A stretch of 64,000 nucleotides of DNA, taken from positions 130,200,001 through 130,264,000 of the forward strand of contig NC_082712.1 of assembly GCF_030144855.1 (NCBI RefSeq), in the 5' to 3' direction. Below, piece after piece: positions 1 to 12,640 of this stretch. Under the pieces are notes generated by a model, which saw nothing but the letters and a program-made list of their open reading frames with translations, was not told the origin of the DNA and did no database searches. Made by a program: the position numbers and the translations under genes. Source of the DNA: Hypanus sabinus (Eukaryota). Position 1 is the first letter of the stretch. Every line of letters begins with the position of its first letter.

Positions 1-296
1 TATAACCCTACAACCATCAGGCTCCTGAACCACCATGGATAGCTTCACTCACCACAACTCTGAACTGATTCCACAACCTACAGACTCACTTTCAAGGACT
101 CAACAATTCAGGGTCTCAGTATTATCTATTTTTCTTTTGCACAATGGCTGTTTCAGTCTTTGTTTATGTATAGTTTTTTCATAAATTCTATTGTATTTCT
201 TTATTTTCCTGTAAATGCCTGCAAGAAAATGAATCTCAAGGTAGTATATTGTAACATATGTACTTTAATAATAAATTTATTTACTTTTGACTTTGA
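1..296 (+). mobile_element. 3' end of a Rex/Babar-like element (continues from before the window)
   Basis: Homologous to 12310-12640, including aatgcctgcaagaaaatgaatctc and the aataaattt tail. Confidence 0.7.
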
Positions 297-1169
297 CTGT
301 GATGTTGACAGCATCATAGAGAGGAGCCAGATCTGCTGTATAATGACTCTCTTTAATGCACAGCACAGGAAGCTGGAGACAGCAGAATTGCAGTGATAGA
401 AAGCTCTAATTAGGGGACAGACAGGAGGTTCTGTTACTGCAAGTAATACTCCAAGATGGTGCATTACTTCCGGGATGGCAGGGTCAAGAATGTTCTGAAG
501 GCTTGTAGGACATCCTCAAGGGAAGGTGAGCAACCACAGGTCATGATGCATAATGGTATCAATGATGTAGGCTGGAAGGGTCCTGCAGAGTGTTCATCCC
601 ACATGTTAGTGAGGGTAGGACCAGGAGAATGTTTCTCATGGAAGTGTGGCTGAGGAACTAGTGCAGGATATACAAAATGCTGCAGGGATTCAGCAGGTCA
701 GGCAGCATCTATGGAATTAATAAACAGTCAACATTTCTGGACAAAATCCTCATCAGGACTGGAAAGGAAAGGGGAAGAAGCCAGAATAATAGGAGATGAG
801 AAATTCAGGTTCTTGGATCTTTGGGATTTCTTCAGGGACACTAGTGATGTGTACAAATGAAATGTGTTTCCACTTGAATTGGAGATGGATCAATATCCTG
901 GCAAAGAGATTTGCTAGAACTACTTGGGAGGGTTAAGCTAGTCTGACAGAGGGTGAGATATAAAGGTGTAGTATGGCAGATGAGAACAGAAGTTAACACA
1001 AGTCATTTCAGTAGGCAAGACAGGCAGGGGCAGGCCAAGGAGCAAGGAAGATCTGATACACTAACCTGTATTTATTTTAATGAAAGAAATCTGACTAGTA
1101 AAGTAAGATGAACTCAACATATAGGTGGGCATACAGGACTAGGATTTTATAGCTATTACAGAAATAAAG

Positions 1170-2220
1170 TCATAGGGCACTAAAACACTGAAACGGGCCC
1201 TTTGGCCCATTCAGTCCATGCTGAACTGATATCTTGCCTCATTCCATTGAAGCACACCTGGATGGAGCCTTCCATACCCCCTTCCGTTTATGTATTTATC
1301 CATACTCCCCTTAAATGTTGCAATCAATCCACCATCCTCCAGTTCCACTGGCAGCTTGTTCCATAATCTCCCACCTTCTGACCAGAGATGTTTCCCTTCA
1401 GGTTCCCCTTAAATGTTTCATGTTTCACCCTTAGTCTGTGACCTCTAGTTCTAGTCTCACCCAACCTCAGTGGGAAAAGCCTGCTTGCATTTACCGTCTA
1501 TATCCATCAACATTTTGTATCTCCTCATTCTCCTATACTCCAGAGAATAAAGTCCTAACCTTTCCCTCTAACTTAGATCCTCCAGTCCCTGCAACATCCT
1601 TGTAGATTTTCTCTCTACTCTTTTCAATCTTATTGATATCTTTCCTATACGTGGGTGACAGATCTGCACACAATACTCCAAATTTGGCCTCATCAATGTC
1701 TTAGACAATTTCAACATAACATCCCAACTCCTGTACTCAATGGTCTGATTTATAAAGGCCAATGTGTCAGAAGCTCCCTTTATGACACTACCTACCTATG
1801 ACACCACTTTCAAGGAATTATGTATCTGTATTCCCAGATCCCTTAGCTCACTCACACTCTTCAGTGTCCTACTGTTCACTGTATAAGTTCTACCCTGGTT
1901 TGTCCTCCCCAAACTGCAACACTCACACTTGCCTGCATTAAATTTCATCTGCAATTTTTCATCCCATTTTTCCAGCTGGGTCCAGATCCCGCTGCAGGTT
2001 TTCATAGCCTTCCTCCCTGTCTAAGGTCCCCAATCTTGGTGTCATCTGTAAATTTTCTGATCCAGTTTACCACATTATCATCTAGATCATTGATCATTGA
2101 CAAACAATAAATAGCACTGATCCCTGAGGTACGCGACTAGTTATAGACCTCCAGTCAGAGAGGCAACCATCTACTACCACTCTCTGGCTTCTCCAGCAAA
2201 GCCAGTATTTAATCCAGTTT
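1170..2220 (-). mobile_element. CR1 LINE 3' fragment
   Basis: ORFs 1568..1762 (RPNLEYCVQ) and 1796..2005; VPQGSVL motif. Confidence 0.8.
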
Positions 2221-3405
2221 AATGTGGTTGAATAATGATTGGCAGAATGACAATTTAACGCCCCAGGATACATGTGCATAGACATGAAAGTGGAAGAGGT
2301 AAGAGATGAGGGAATTGCACTTTTGATTTGGGGGAATATCATGCCAGTACTTGGAGAGAATATTCCTTGAGCATCATCCATTGGGGCTATATGGGTGAAG
2401 CTTAAAAATAAGAAGTGGATGATCACTTTTATGGGATTGTACTGTAGACCACCCCTCCCCCCAACAATAGTTAGTTTTAAGAATGATAGGGTTGTAACAG
2501 CAGGTGATTGAGAGCTCCAAAATATTGACAGGGACTGCCATATTACCAAGAGATTAGATGCAGTTTCCGTTATTAGCTAATATATGTAAAAACAAGGAGG
2601 TTATTCCAGAGCTTAATATAACACTAGAAAAACCACAGATTAATGTTCTCATTACTACATTACATAAAAATAAATACACTTAACTGGGTGCAGAGGAGAT
2701 TTATTGGGATGTTATCAGGCGCTATGAGGAATGATTGGATAAGATTTTTTTTGGAACAGAGGAAACTGAGAGGGAAGAGGTGTATGAAACTGAGTCCCAG
2801 ATCAAATAAATAGGATAGAGTTATTTCCCTTAGCAGAAAGGTCCAAAAAACAGGGCAGAACTTTAAAATAATTAGTAGGAACACTTGGAGAGGAAATAAG
2901 GTCTTTAAACCCAGAATTTTGAAACTCACTTTGTGAAAAGATGGTCAAGGCAGAAACTATCACTTCATTTTAAAAAGCACTTGGATGTTTACTTCAAGAT
3001 CTATGGCATGCAGCACTAACTGACCAGGTCCAGAAGGTACAATTGGGTTATGTTGCTGTATTATACTTGGCATAGAGTAAACAGATGAAATGACCAGTTG
3101 TTTTAATATAAATTTCTCATGATATTAAATCAAAACTGGCAGTTTTGTAGCAAAGTGAATGTAATCAAGAATTCCTATTTTAAATGAAAAGTAGAAAACT
3201 GCTGGTGGTGTAAATTTGAAATAAAAACAGATTAAAGGCCATCAGCATCAACATTTAACTCTCTTTTCACATTTGTAGCCTGACCTGCTCAGCATTTCTA
3301 ATGTTTTGTTTTTATTCCCATTTCATTGTTATACAAGTGGAAAAACAACACAATAATTGCAATAGAGGGGAGCCGAAATATAGAAATCCTTGTCACATGT
3401 GTATA

Positions 3406-3472
3406 CATTCAGTGGCCACTTTATTAGGTACACCTGCAAATATCCTATCAGTTAATCATGTGGCACCACAAC
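3406..3472 (+). mobile_element. Left end of a second Tc1 family (TA-CA(C/T)TCAGTGGCCACTTTATTAGG TIR)
   Basis: Same terminal sequence as the copies at 15207, 33892, 34750 and 48712. Confidence 0.75.
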
Positions 3473-3509
3473 ATCTACCCCACAATCACCATCAACTCAG
3501 ATACACAGA

Positions 3510-6500
3510 ACACAGAATAGTACAGCACAGCACAGCACAGTGCATGAACAGGCCTTTGGCACACAATCTTGTGCCCAACCATCTAAAAAGTACTGTAAAT
3601 CAAAAATGAATCCCTCCTACCTACACAATGTCCATATCTCTTCATCCTCCCGATATTCATGTGCCTATCTAATTATCTCTTAAAAACCTGTAATGATCTT
3701 GTCTATTCCACCATACCAGGCATCCTCCACTCTCTGAGTAAAAAACATCCCCCTTGAACCTACCCCCCTCACCTTCAATGTATGACCTCTAGTATTAGAC
3801 ATTTCTACCCTGGGAAAAAGGTACCTTTTGTCTTTTCTACTGTGGTACTAGAAAGTCTGTGAATCCTGTAGAAGTTTCTCTTATTTCTGGATAAATAATA
3901 CCTACATTGTGATCAGATATTCACGCAAGCCCTAAAACTAGATAAAGAGAACCCAATTAAATAAATAACACAAAAAACATTATACTTGTTCATTCACGTA
4001 TTGAGAAAATAATCCAATATTACATGTATTCGTTAGAAAAAGTATGTGAACCTTTGCTTTCAGTAACTGGTGTGACGCCCTCGTATAGCAATAACTTCAA
4101 CCAAACATTTCTGGTAACTGCTGATCAATCCTACACATCGGCTTGGAGGAATTTTAGGCCATGCCTCTTTACAAAGCTGCTTCATCTCTGTAATGTTGGT
4201 GGGATTCCTTGCATGAACTGCTTACTTCAGGTACTTACAGAACATTTCTATAGGACTTTTCTTAGAAAAATAGAGGGCTATGGGTAACCCTAGGTAATTT
4301 CTAAAGTGAGTACAAGTTCAACACTGCATTGGGCCTGTATTGTGCTGTAGGTTTTCTATGTTTCTATGACTAAGGTCAGGACTTTGACTTGTCCATTCCA
4401 AAACATGAATTTTCTTCTTTTTAAACCATTCTGTTGTTGGTTTACTCTTTCAGTTCATTGGCTTGATGCATTATCGAACTTCTATTAAGCTTCAGGTGAT
4501 GGACTGCTACCCTAACATTCTCCTGTAAAATGTCTTGATACAATTTTGAATTCATTGTTCCCTCAGCTATTGCAAGCTGTCCAGGCCCTGAGGCCCAAAC
4601 CATGATGTTCCTTCCAACATGCTTCACAGTTGGGATGAGGTTTTTGTGTGGGTGTGCAGTACCCTTTTTCCTACAAACATAGCAATGTTCAGTTTTGCCA
4701 AAAAAAATTAACTTTTATCTTTCCACAGGATGTTGTCCCAGAAGCATTGTAGAACATCCAGGTGGTCTTTTGCAAACTTGAAACATGCAGCAATGTGTCT
4801 TTGGAGACCACTGGTTTCCTCCACGGTGTTCTCCCATGAACAGCATCCCTGTTCAGTGTTTTTCTTAGAGTGGACACATGAACAGAGATTTTAGTAAGTT
4901 CTAAAGATTTCTCCAGGTCTTTTGTTGTTACCCTTGGGTTCTTTTTCACCTCCTTCAGTATTGCATGTTATACTCTTGGTGTGATCTTTGCAGGACACCC
5001 ACTTCTAGGGAGAGTAGCAACAGTGCTGAGTTTTCTCCATTTGTAGACAATTGCTCTTACTGTGGACTGATGAACACTCAGGTCTTTAGAAATGCCTTTG
5101 TAGCCTTTTACATCTTCATGCATCTCTACAATTCTTCTAAGGTCCTCTGAAAGTTGTTTTGATCAAGGCATGATGCAAACAAACAGATCTTTCTTAAGAA
5201 GAACAGGTTCTGCCAATAACGTGACTTTGTGTGTCTTTTTTAGAGCAGGGCACCTCTACAATCCACACCTCCAATCTCTTCTCATTGATTGGAACTCCTG
5301 ACTCCAAATAGCTTTCGTAGAAGGCATGCTCTTAGAGGTTCACAAACTTTTTCCAGCAAATATATGTAATATTCAATCATGCTTCTCAATAAATAAATAA
5401 ACAAGTATAAATTTTTTGCATTATTATTTAATTATTTCTTTATCTAGTTTTAGGACTTACATGAAGATCTGATTATATTTTAGGATATATTTATGCAGAA
5501 ATAGAGAAAATTATATAGGGTTCACAAGCTCTCCAGCACCACTGTATCTATAATCTTATAAATGTCTAACAGATATCCTTAACCTCTGCCATTGCCAAAG
5601 AAAACAGCCCAAGTTTGTCCAGCCTCTCATGATAGCGCATGCCCTCTAAACCAGACAGCAACCTGGTAAACCTGCACCCTCGCCAAAGCCTCAATATCCT
5701 CCCCATAGGGGAACGATCAGAACTGTATGCAATATTCCAGATGCGGCCTAACCAGAGTTTTATAAAGTTGCAATATAACCTCTTGATTTTTGAACTCAAT
5801 GCCTTGACTAATAAAATTAAGCATTCCATAAGCCTCCTTTACTACCTTATCGACCTGTGTATCCACTTTCATGGAGTTTAAATCTTGGACCCCAAGATCA
5901 CTCTGCTCAGCAACACTGTTAAGGGTCTTGCCCTTAACAAGGTACCATCTCCTTGCATTTGTCCTATTAAGGTGCAACACATCACATTTATCTTGGTTAA
6001 ACTCTATCTGCCATTTTATTGCTATATTTGCAACTGATCTATATTATGCTGTATTTTTTGCCAGTTTTCTTCACTATCCACAACTCCATCAGTTTTTGTA
6101 TCATTCACAAATTTACTCACCTGCATTTTCATCCAGGTCATTCATATGCATCACAAACATCAGAGGTCCCAGCACAGATCCCTGTGGAACACCAGCAATT
6201 ACAGACCTCTAGCTCAAAAAAATTCCCTTTAATCACTACCCTCTGCCTTCTATGTGTAAGCCAGTTCTGAATCCAAACAGCTAATTCACCGCTGACCCCA
6301 TGTATCCTAATTTGGATTAGCCTTCCATGAAGGACTTTGTCAAACACCTTTCTAAAGTCCACGTAGACAACATCCATTGCCCTACCTTCATCAATCTCTC
6401 TCAACACCTTGTCAAAAAACTCAATCAAGCTGGTAAGACATGGCCTGCCCTGCACAAAGCCATACTGGCTCTCCCAAATTAGGTCATGGGTTTACAAATG

Positions 6501-7174
6501 CTCATATATCCTATCCTTAAGAATTTTCTCCAGCAATTTCCCCACAGCTGACACGAGACTCACCAATTTATAGTCCCTAGAATTTCCTCTTGTTTCTTTC
6601 TTCAATAGAGATACAACATTAGCCACTGGCCAGTGCTCTGGGACCTCGTCTATGCCTAGAGAGGACATGAAGATACTGGTTAAATCCCAAAAATCTCATC
6701 TGTTACTTCCTTCAATAATCTGGGGTAAATTCCATGAGGCCCTGGGGACTTATCCACCTGAATACTCCTTCGTAGGCCCAACACTTCCCCTTGACCTTTA
6801 AACACCCTAACATATTTATGTACTCAGCACTGATCTCCTCCGTGTCCTTTTCCTTGGTAAATACTGAAGCAAAGTACTCATTGAGTACATCACTCATATT
6901 ATCTGCATCCAAGCAAATGTTTCCCTCTTTATCCTTGAGTGCTCCTACCCTCCCCCAGTTATCCTCTTGCTCGATGTATGTATAGAATGCTTTGAGATTC
7001 ATCTTAGTCCTACTTGTCAAGGAATTTCTATGGCCCCTCTTGGCTTTCAAAATTTACTTGTTTAGTTCTTTCTGGTTTCTTTATTATCCTCATTTGCTTC
7101 ATTTCATCTGAACTTCTTTAGCCTTACATACTTTTTCTTCTTAACTTAATTCATCTCCTCTCTGGACATCCAAG
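3510..7174 (-). mobile_element. CR1 LINE ORF2 remnant interrupted by the Tc1 element
   Basis: Fragments 5566..7050 (LYKTLVRPHLEYC, DVVYVDFRKVFDKV, LNEYFASVFTKE). The 3' part resumes left of the Tc1 TA site. Boundaries approximate. Confidence 0.85.
3840..5544 (-). mobile_element. Tc1/mariner DNA transposon, IR/DR type, full length but decayed
   Basis: TA at both ends (3838-39, 5545-46). ~215-bp imperfect TIRs, each with outer and inner GAAAGT.TGTGAAC repeats. Transposase remnants 4689..4949 (KNPRVTTKDL) and 4442..4627 (KHVGRNIMVW). Confidence 0.9.
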
Positions 7175-7284
7175 GTAAACCACAAGGCTGTGTGCTTAGC
7201 CCTCTGCTCCACTCACTTTATACTGTACTTAAGGATTATGGTAAGGCTGAGAACAGCTCCAAAGACATATTTAAGTTTGCTGAT

Positions 7285-10200
7285 TAACTCCCGGCTTTCG
7301 TCAAAGTGGGCAGGTCAGCATTTTCATTCGTCCTTTGCCGCCAAAGCTGGGGGGGGGGGGGGGGGGTCTCCATCCTTATTAACTCAAATATTCCTTTTGA
7401 ACTCCATAATAAGATATCTGATACAAATGGTCATTTTAAACTATATAATACTAAAGTTGTACTAGCAAACCTGTATGCCCCCAATTTTGATGATGTTAAT
7501 TTTTTTTAACGTTTTTTTTCCTCACTACCAGACTTAAACTCATACTCCCTTATACTGGGTGGTGATTTCAATTGTTGGTTAGATCCTAATTTGGATCGAT
7601 CGTCCTCTGTTACTAGACCACCTACTAAATCTGCCTTAGCTATTCAATTGTTTCTCTCTCTAATTATGGTATCTTTGATATATGGCATTTCCTTCATCCT
7701 ACTGAGAGAGATTATTCTTTTTTTTCACATGTTCACCATACCTTTACTAGAATTGACTACTTCTTACTCGATAATCAACTCATTCAATTTGTCTATTCTT
7801 GTGATTATCAGAGTATACTGATTTCTGACCATACCCCAATTACTCTGTCTTTAAACTTTCCTGGGTCTCCCTCAGAGGAATAAACACTGGCGGTTTGATT
7901 CAACTTTATTATCGGATGATGATTTTCTAAAATTTATTAAGGATCAGATAACCTTTTATTTTAACACCAATACATCACCTGAAGTGTCATCCCAGATTGT
8001 CTGGAATGCCATGAAAGCATATTTGAGGGGTCAAATAATCTCCTATACAGCAAATCTTAATAGAAAGTCCTGGGCAGATCGATTAGACCTCATTAATCAG
8101 ATTAAAGAATTGGATCAACTGTATGCTCAAACTAAGAATCCTGAACTATACAGGAAGCGTGTAGAACTTCAAACTAAATTTAATCTTCTGTCTACTCAAC
8201 CTGTCGAACGCCAAATTCTTGAAAGTAAGAGTCGCTTTTACATTCATGGTGACAAATCTGGTAAATTTCTAGCCAATCAGCTGAGGTGTTCCAAAGCCAA
8301 ACAACATATTACAAAGATCCGGAAGGAGAATGGAGACTTTACATCGGATCACTTAGAAATTAATGACACATTTAAAAATTTCTATTCTCAACTTTATTCC
8401 TCTGAATCTTTGAATGACAATATCTCTGTTGATCATTTTTTAAATGAACTGAATATTCCTTCACCTTCATCTGATTTTAAAGCCAAACTTAATGCGCCTA
8501 TAGCATCAGAAGAAATATCTTTTGCAATTTCTGCATTGTCCTCAGGGAAATTTCCTGGACCTGATGGGTTCCCCGTAGAATTTTATAAATCATTCTCTTC
8601 ACTTCTTTCTCCTCAGTTATTCTCAGTATTGTCTGACTTGTTTAATTATGGCAAGTTGCCACCCTCTTTTAATGAGGCATCTATTATTCTTTTATTAAAA
8701 AAGGGTAAAGACCCAACAGAGTGTTCCTTGTATAGGCCGATTTCTTTGCTTAATGTTGATGTTAAAATCTTGGCTAAAGTTTTGGCTTATAGATTAGAAA
8801 TTGTTATTCCCTCTATTATTTCTGATGACCAAACTGGTTTTATTAAAAACCGTCTTCCTTTCTTTAACCTTCGGCGTTTGTTTAACATTTTATATTCACC
8901 TCCAACTGGGATTCCTGACTGTGTTATTTCCCTCGATGCAGAGAAAGCATTTGATCGTATAGAGTGGAACTACCTTTTTGCAGTTTTAGAAAAATTTGAC
9001 TTCGGTCAAGGTTTTATCGCTTGGATTAAATTGCTGTATTTGTGTCCTACTGCCTCTGTTTTAACTAATTTTCAGAAATCCCAGTTATTTAACCTCAAAC
9101 GTGGCACCCGCCAGGGATGCCCTTTAAGTCCCTTTCTCTTTGATTTGGCTATAGAACCCTTGGCGATAGCATTTTGAAATTGTCCTGAATTGAACGGGAT
9201 TTGGAGAGGGGGTGTTGAGCATAAAGTTTCTCTTTATGCTTATGACTTATTACTTTTTCTTTCATCCTTGCCTCCAATGTTTTCACTTCTTGACCAGTTC
9301 AGCCAGTTCTCTGGCTATAAACTTAATTTACATAAGAGCGAACTTTTCCCAATTAATAAAGAAGCACAAGAATTAACATTTCGTGATCTCCTTTTTAAAG
9401 TAGTTCATAATCAATTTACTTATCTTGGGATTACAGTCACAAGGAAGTTTAAAGATCTCTTTTGTGAAAATTTTGCCAATCTTTCATATACTATAAAACA
9501 GAGTCTGTTACAATGGTCACCTCTATCTATGTCTTTGGTAGGTCGTATTAATGTTGTTAAAATGTATGTTCTCCCTAAACTTTCATATTTATTTCAATCA
9601 ATCCCAATTTTTATTCCTGAATCTTTTTTTGATTCCTTAGATTCTATTATTTTGTCATATCTGTGGAAGAATAAGCGCTCTAGAATTAAAAAAGTCTATG
9701 TCCAAAAACCTAAAAAAGAGGGTGGCATGGCTTTACCTAACTTTCGTTTATATTATTGGGCAGCCAATATACGTTGTGCTACCTTTTGGTCTTTTTTCCA
9801 TAGCCAACCCGAGTGCCCTAATTGGGTGGCAATGGAGTTGAGCTCCACTAAAGAATTATCTATCTCTGCACTTCTTGGCTCTGTACTCCCTAGTAGTTTG
9901 TCCAGATTAATAGTTAATCCTCTTGTTAGACACACTTTGCGTATATGGGCTCAGTTTAGGAAATTTTATGGTTTCCATGCTTTTTCCTTTTCTAGCCCTA
10001 TCTTACATAATCACCTTTTTTACCTACTATGTATGACTCAGCATTCCATGATTGGTATAGGAAGGGCATTAGACATTTTGAAGATCTTTTTATTGATAAT
10101 CGCTTCGCTTCTTTTCAACAGCTCTCTGCTAAGTTCAATCTGGCCAATGCTCATTTTTTTTAGATATCTCCAAATTAGACACTTTATTATTCCTTTAATT

Positions 10201-11256
10201 CCTAACTTCCCTGAAATGCCTGAGAAAAATGTTATGGACTTATTTCTTTCCATTAATCCACTAGGTAAAGGTTTAATATCATTTATTCGAGATAAATTAG
10301 CAGCCTTATAATGTGCCCCTGTGGATAAAATTAAAATGGCATGGGAGCAGGATTTAAATACCTCCTTATCTGATGAGACTTGGGACTCGATTCTCAAATC
10401 AGTTAATTCAACCTCTCTTTGTGCTCGCCATTGCCTTTTACAGTTTAAGATTGTTCATAGAGCCCATACGTCTAAATCTAAATTATCTCAATTTTACCCT
10501 AACATTAGTCCGCTTTGTGATAAATGCAAAAGGGGCGAGGCCTCTCTCATTCATATGTACTGGTTTTGTCCTAGCTTGGAGAAATTTTGGAAAGATGTCT
10601 TCATAATGTTATCGTATATTCTGAATCACCACCTAGAACCTAACCCTTTAATTGCTTTGTTCGGTTTCTGGGGTGAGACAGATTTACGTCTGAGTTCGAC
10701 GAAGTGTCGAATATTATCTTTTGCCTCTCTCCTGGCTAGACGTTTAATCCTCCTTAGATGGAGAGATGTTGCCCCGCCCATGCACACTCAATGGCTTAAC
10801 GATATTATGGCCTGCTTAGACCTTGAAAAAATTCATTACTCAGTTCTTAATTCGAATTTAAAGTTCCATAAGGTCTGGGGACCTTTTATTGAGTACTTTC
10901 ATAACCTTCCTCTTGACTAAGGGTTTTTTTTCGGTCCCTTGCTTTCAGCTCCTTTTTTTTGGTAGTAAGCATTAATATCTTCTGTTGCTAAGTGTATTTA
11001 CAGCTTTGGGGGTTTGATTGTCCTGATTTATATTCTCTATATTGTGTTGTGGTTGGTCTGGAGTTTTTTTTGTTGCGGGGCTTGGGGAGGATACTAATTT
11101 TACATGTCTTCAATTTGGGTGCTTTCTCAATTATCTTTCTTTATATCATATTGTTATTGTATGTTTATTTTTGCACTGTATCAATGTTCTTCATTTTGAT
11201 CTGGGTTTTTTTATCTGTAGTTATGTAGAAAATGTATAAAAAAACTAATTAAAAAC
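7285..11256 (+). mobile_element. 5'-truncated L1-clade LINE (ORF2: partial endonuclease, RT, C-terminal Cys/His knuckle) with 12-bp TSD
   Basis: ORFs 7984..9177, 9190..10311 and 10321..10920 (PGPDGF, YRPISLLN, SLDAEKAFD, RGTRQGCPLSP, YAYD for YADD, CDKC..H....C). Endonuclease remnants (NLYAPN, GGDFN, SDH). A-rich tail. TSD AAGTTTGCTGAT at 7273-7284 and 11257-11268. Confidence 0.95.
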
Positions 11257-11314
11257 AAGTTTGCTGATGACACCACTATCATTGGCTGAATCACAGGGTG
11301 CTGATGAATCAGTG

Positions 11315-11995
11315 TGTAAAGGGGGTTTCTTCTTTTTTCTTTGTTACTGTGTATGTAATCAAAAGGGCTTCTTTGTTTTGTTAACTAGCAGGAATGCTTC
11401 TTTGTTGTGAGAGAGTGCTGGGAGAATTGTATTCCTTTGTAAACCAAATGGGGATTAATGTTCTTTCTTCTGAGTCTGTAAGCTTTTGTTGACGGGCTTT
11501 TGGGGAGATCGGCGCGAGGGGGTGAGAGAGAGAGGATGTGATGCTGTAAGCTGGGCAAGAAACGGACCCCAAGCGGGGGTCCGAGGCCAGGAGGTACTCC
11601 GAGGAGCGGGGATGAAGCTAGATGTGCTTGGTTGACCACTCGGAGGGTCCTGAGCTGCGAGTCGAGGAGTTCGGAGGGGATCGAATGGTGGCCAGAAGAC
11701 TTCAGTAATTGAGCTCCAACAGTTGTGCACGAAGTGGTTTGGACTTTGATAAGTTTGGCGCCTTTTCTTTATTTTTTTTTCTTCATATATACTGTATTGT
11801 TATTAATCACTTAGTTATAGTAACCTTTATAAATTGTACTCATTTAATCGCTTATGGTGTACTGTCTGTTTTTGGGCGAGGCGGGGACATCACACAGCAT
11901 CCACACCAGCTGATTACCCAGTTTGGCGGGGCAGAAGGCTGCTCCCCCTAGACGAGAACGAGCTGAGCGAGCCTGAGGCGACCCAGGGGGTTACA
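11315..11995. mobile_element. Solo LTR (681 bp)
   Basis: TGTAA...TTACA termini; 4-bp TSD AGTG (11311-14 / 11996-99). Excising it restores the host RT reading DESVYRRE. CpGs are retained. Confidence 0.88.
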
Positions 11996-12640
11996 AGTGT
12001 ATAGAAGGGAGATTAAAAATCTAACTGTGTGATGCTATAACAACTTCTCACTAAATCAAGATCAAGGCACTCATTATTGACTGTGGGAGGAGGAAACCAG
12101 AGTCCTTGAGCCAGTCCTCATTGGGGGATCAAGGGTGGAGAGGGCCAGTAACTTTAAATTCCTCTGTGTAAGTGCCATTATGAAGATTCACAAGGCATTG
12201 CCTCTACTTTCTTAGAAGCCTGTGACGATTCAGCATCTCATCTAAAACTCTGACAAACTTCTATAGATGTATGCTGGAGAGTATATTGACTGGTTGCATT
12301 GTGGCCTGGTTATTATCCCTCAACAATCAGACTCTTGAACTAGAGGGAATAACTTCACTCACCCCATTACTGAATGTTCTTGCAATTTAAGGACTCACTT
12401 TCAAGTACTTTTCATTTCATATTCTTGATATGTATTGCTCATTTATTATTATTACTTTTTCTTTTTGTATTTGCAGTTTTTCTTTCACATGTTGATTGTT
12501 TGTCCTGTTAGGTGTAGTTTTCATTGATTTTATTATGTTCCTTGTATTTACTGTGAATGCCTGCAAGAAGATGAATCTCGAGGTTGTACATGGTGACATA
12601 TATTTGTAATTTGATAATAAATTTACTGTGAACTTTGAAG

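Larger units (their letters stand above)
7175..12640 (+). mobile_element. Rex/Babar-like non-LTR retrotransposon 3' fragment, split by the L1 and the solo LTR
   Basis: [10 protein letters not shown]...KFAD|DTTIIG..DESVYRRE is continuous across both insertions. The 3' tail aataaatttac..tgaactttgaa is shared with the copies at 1-296 and 53460-53500. Confidence 0.8.

Noticed and set aside
7348-7366. Poly-G/C runs (also ~27044-27063, 29014-29028, 31982-31999, 57329-57347) as functional G-quadruplex elements
   Set aside because: Mostly homopolymer expansions inside TEs (one is the Gypsy polypurine tract), and their lengths are prone to sequencing error.
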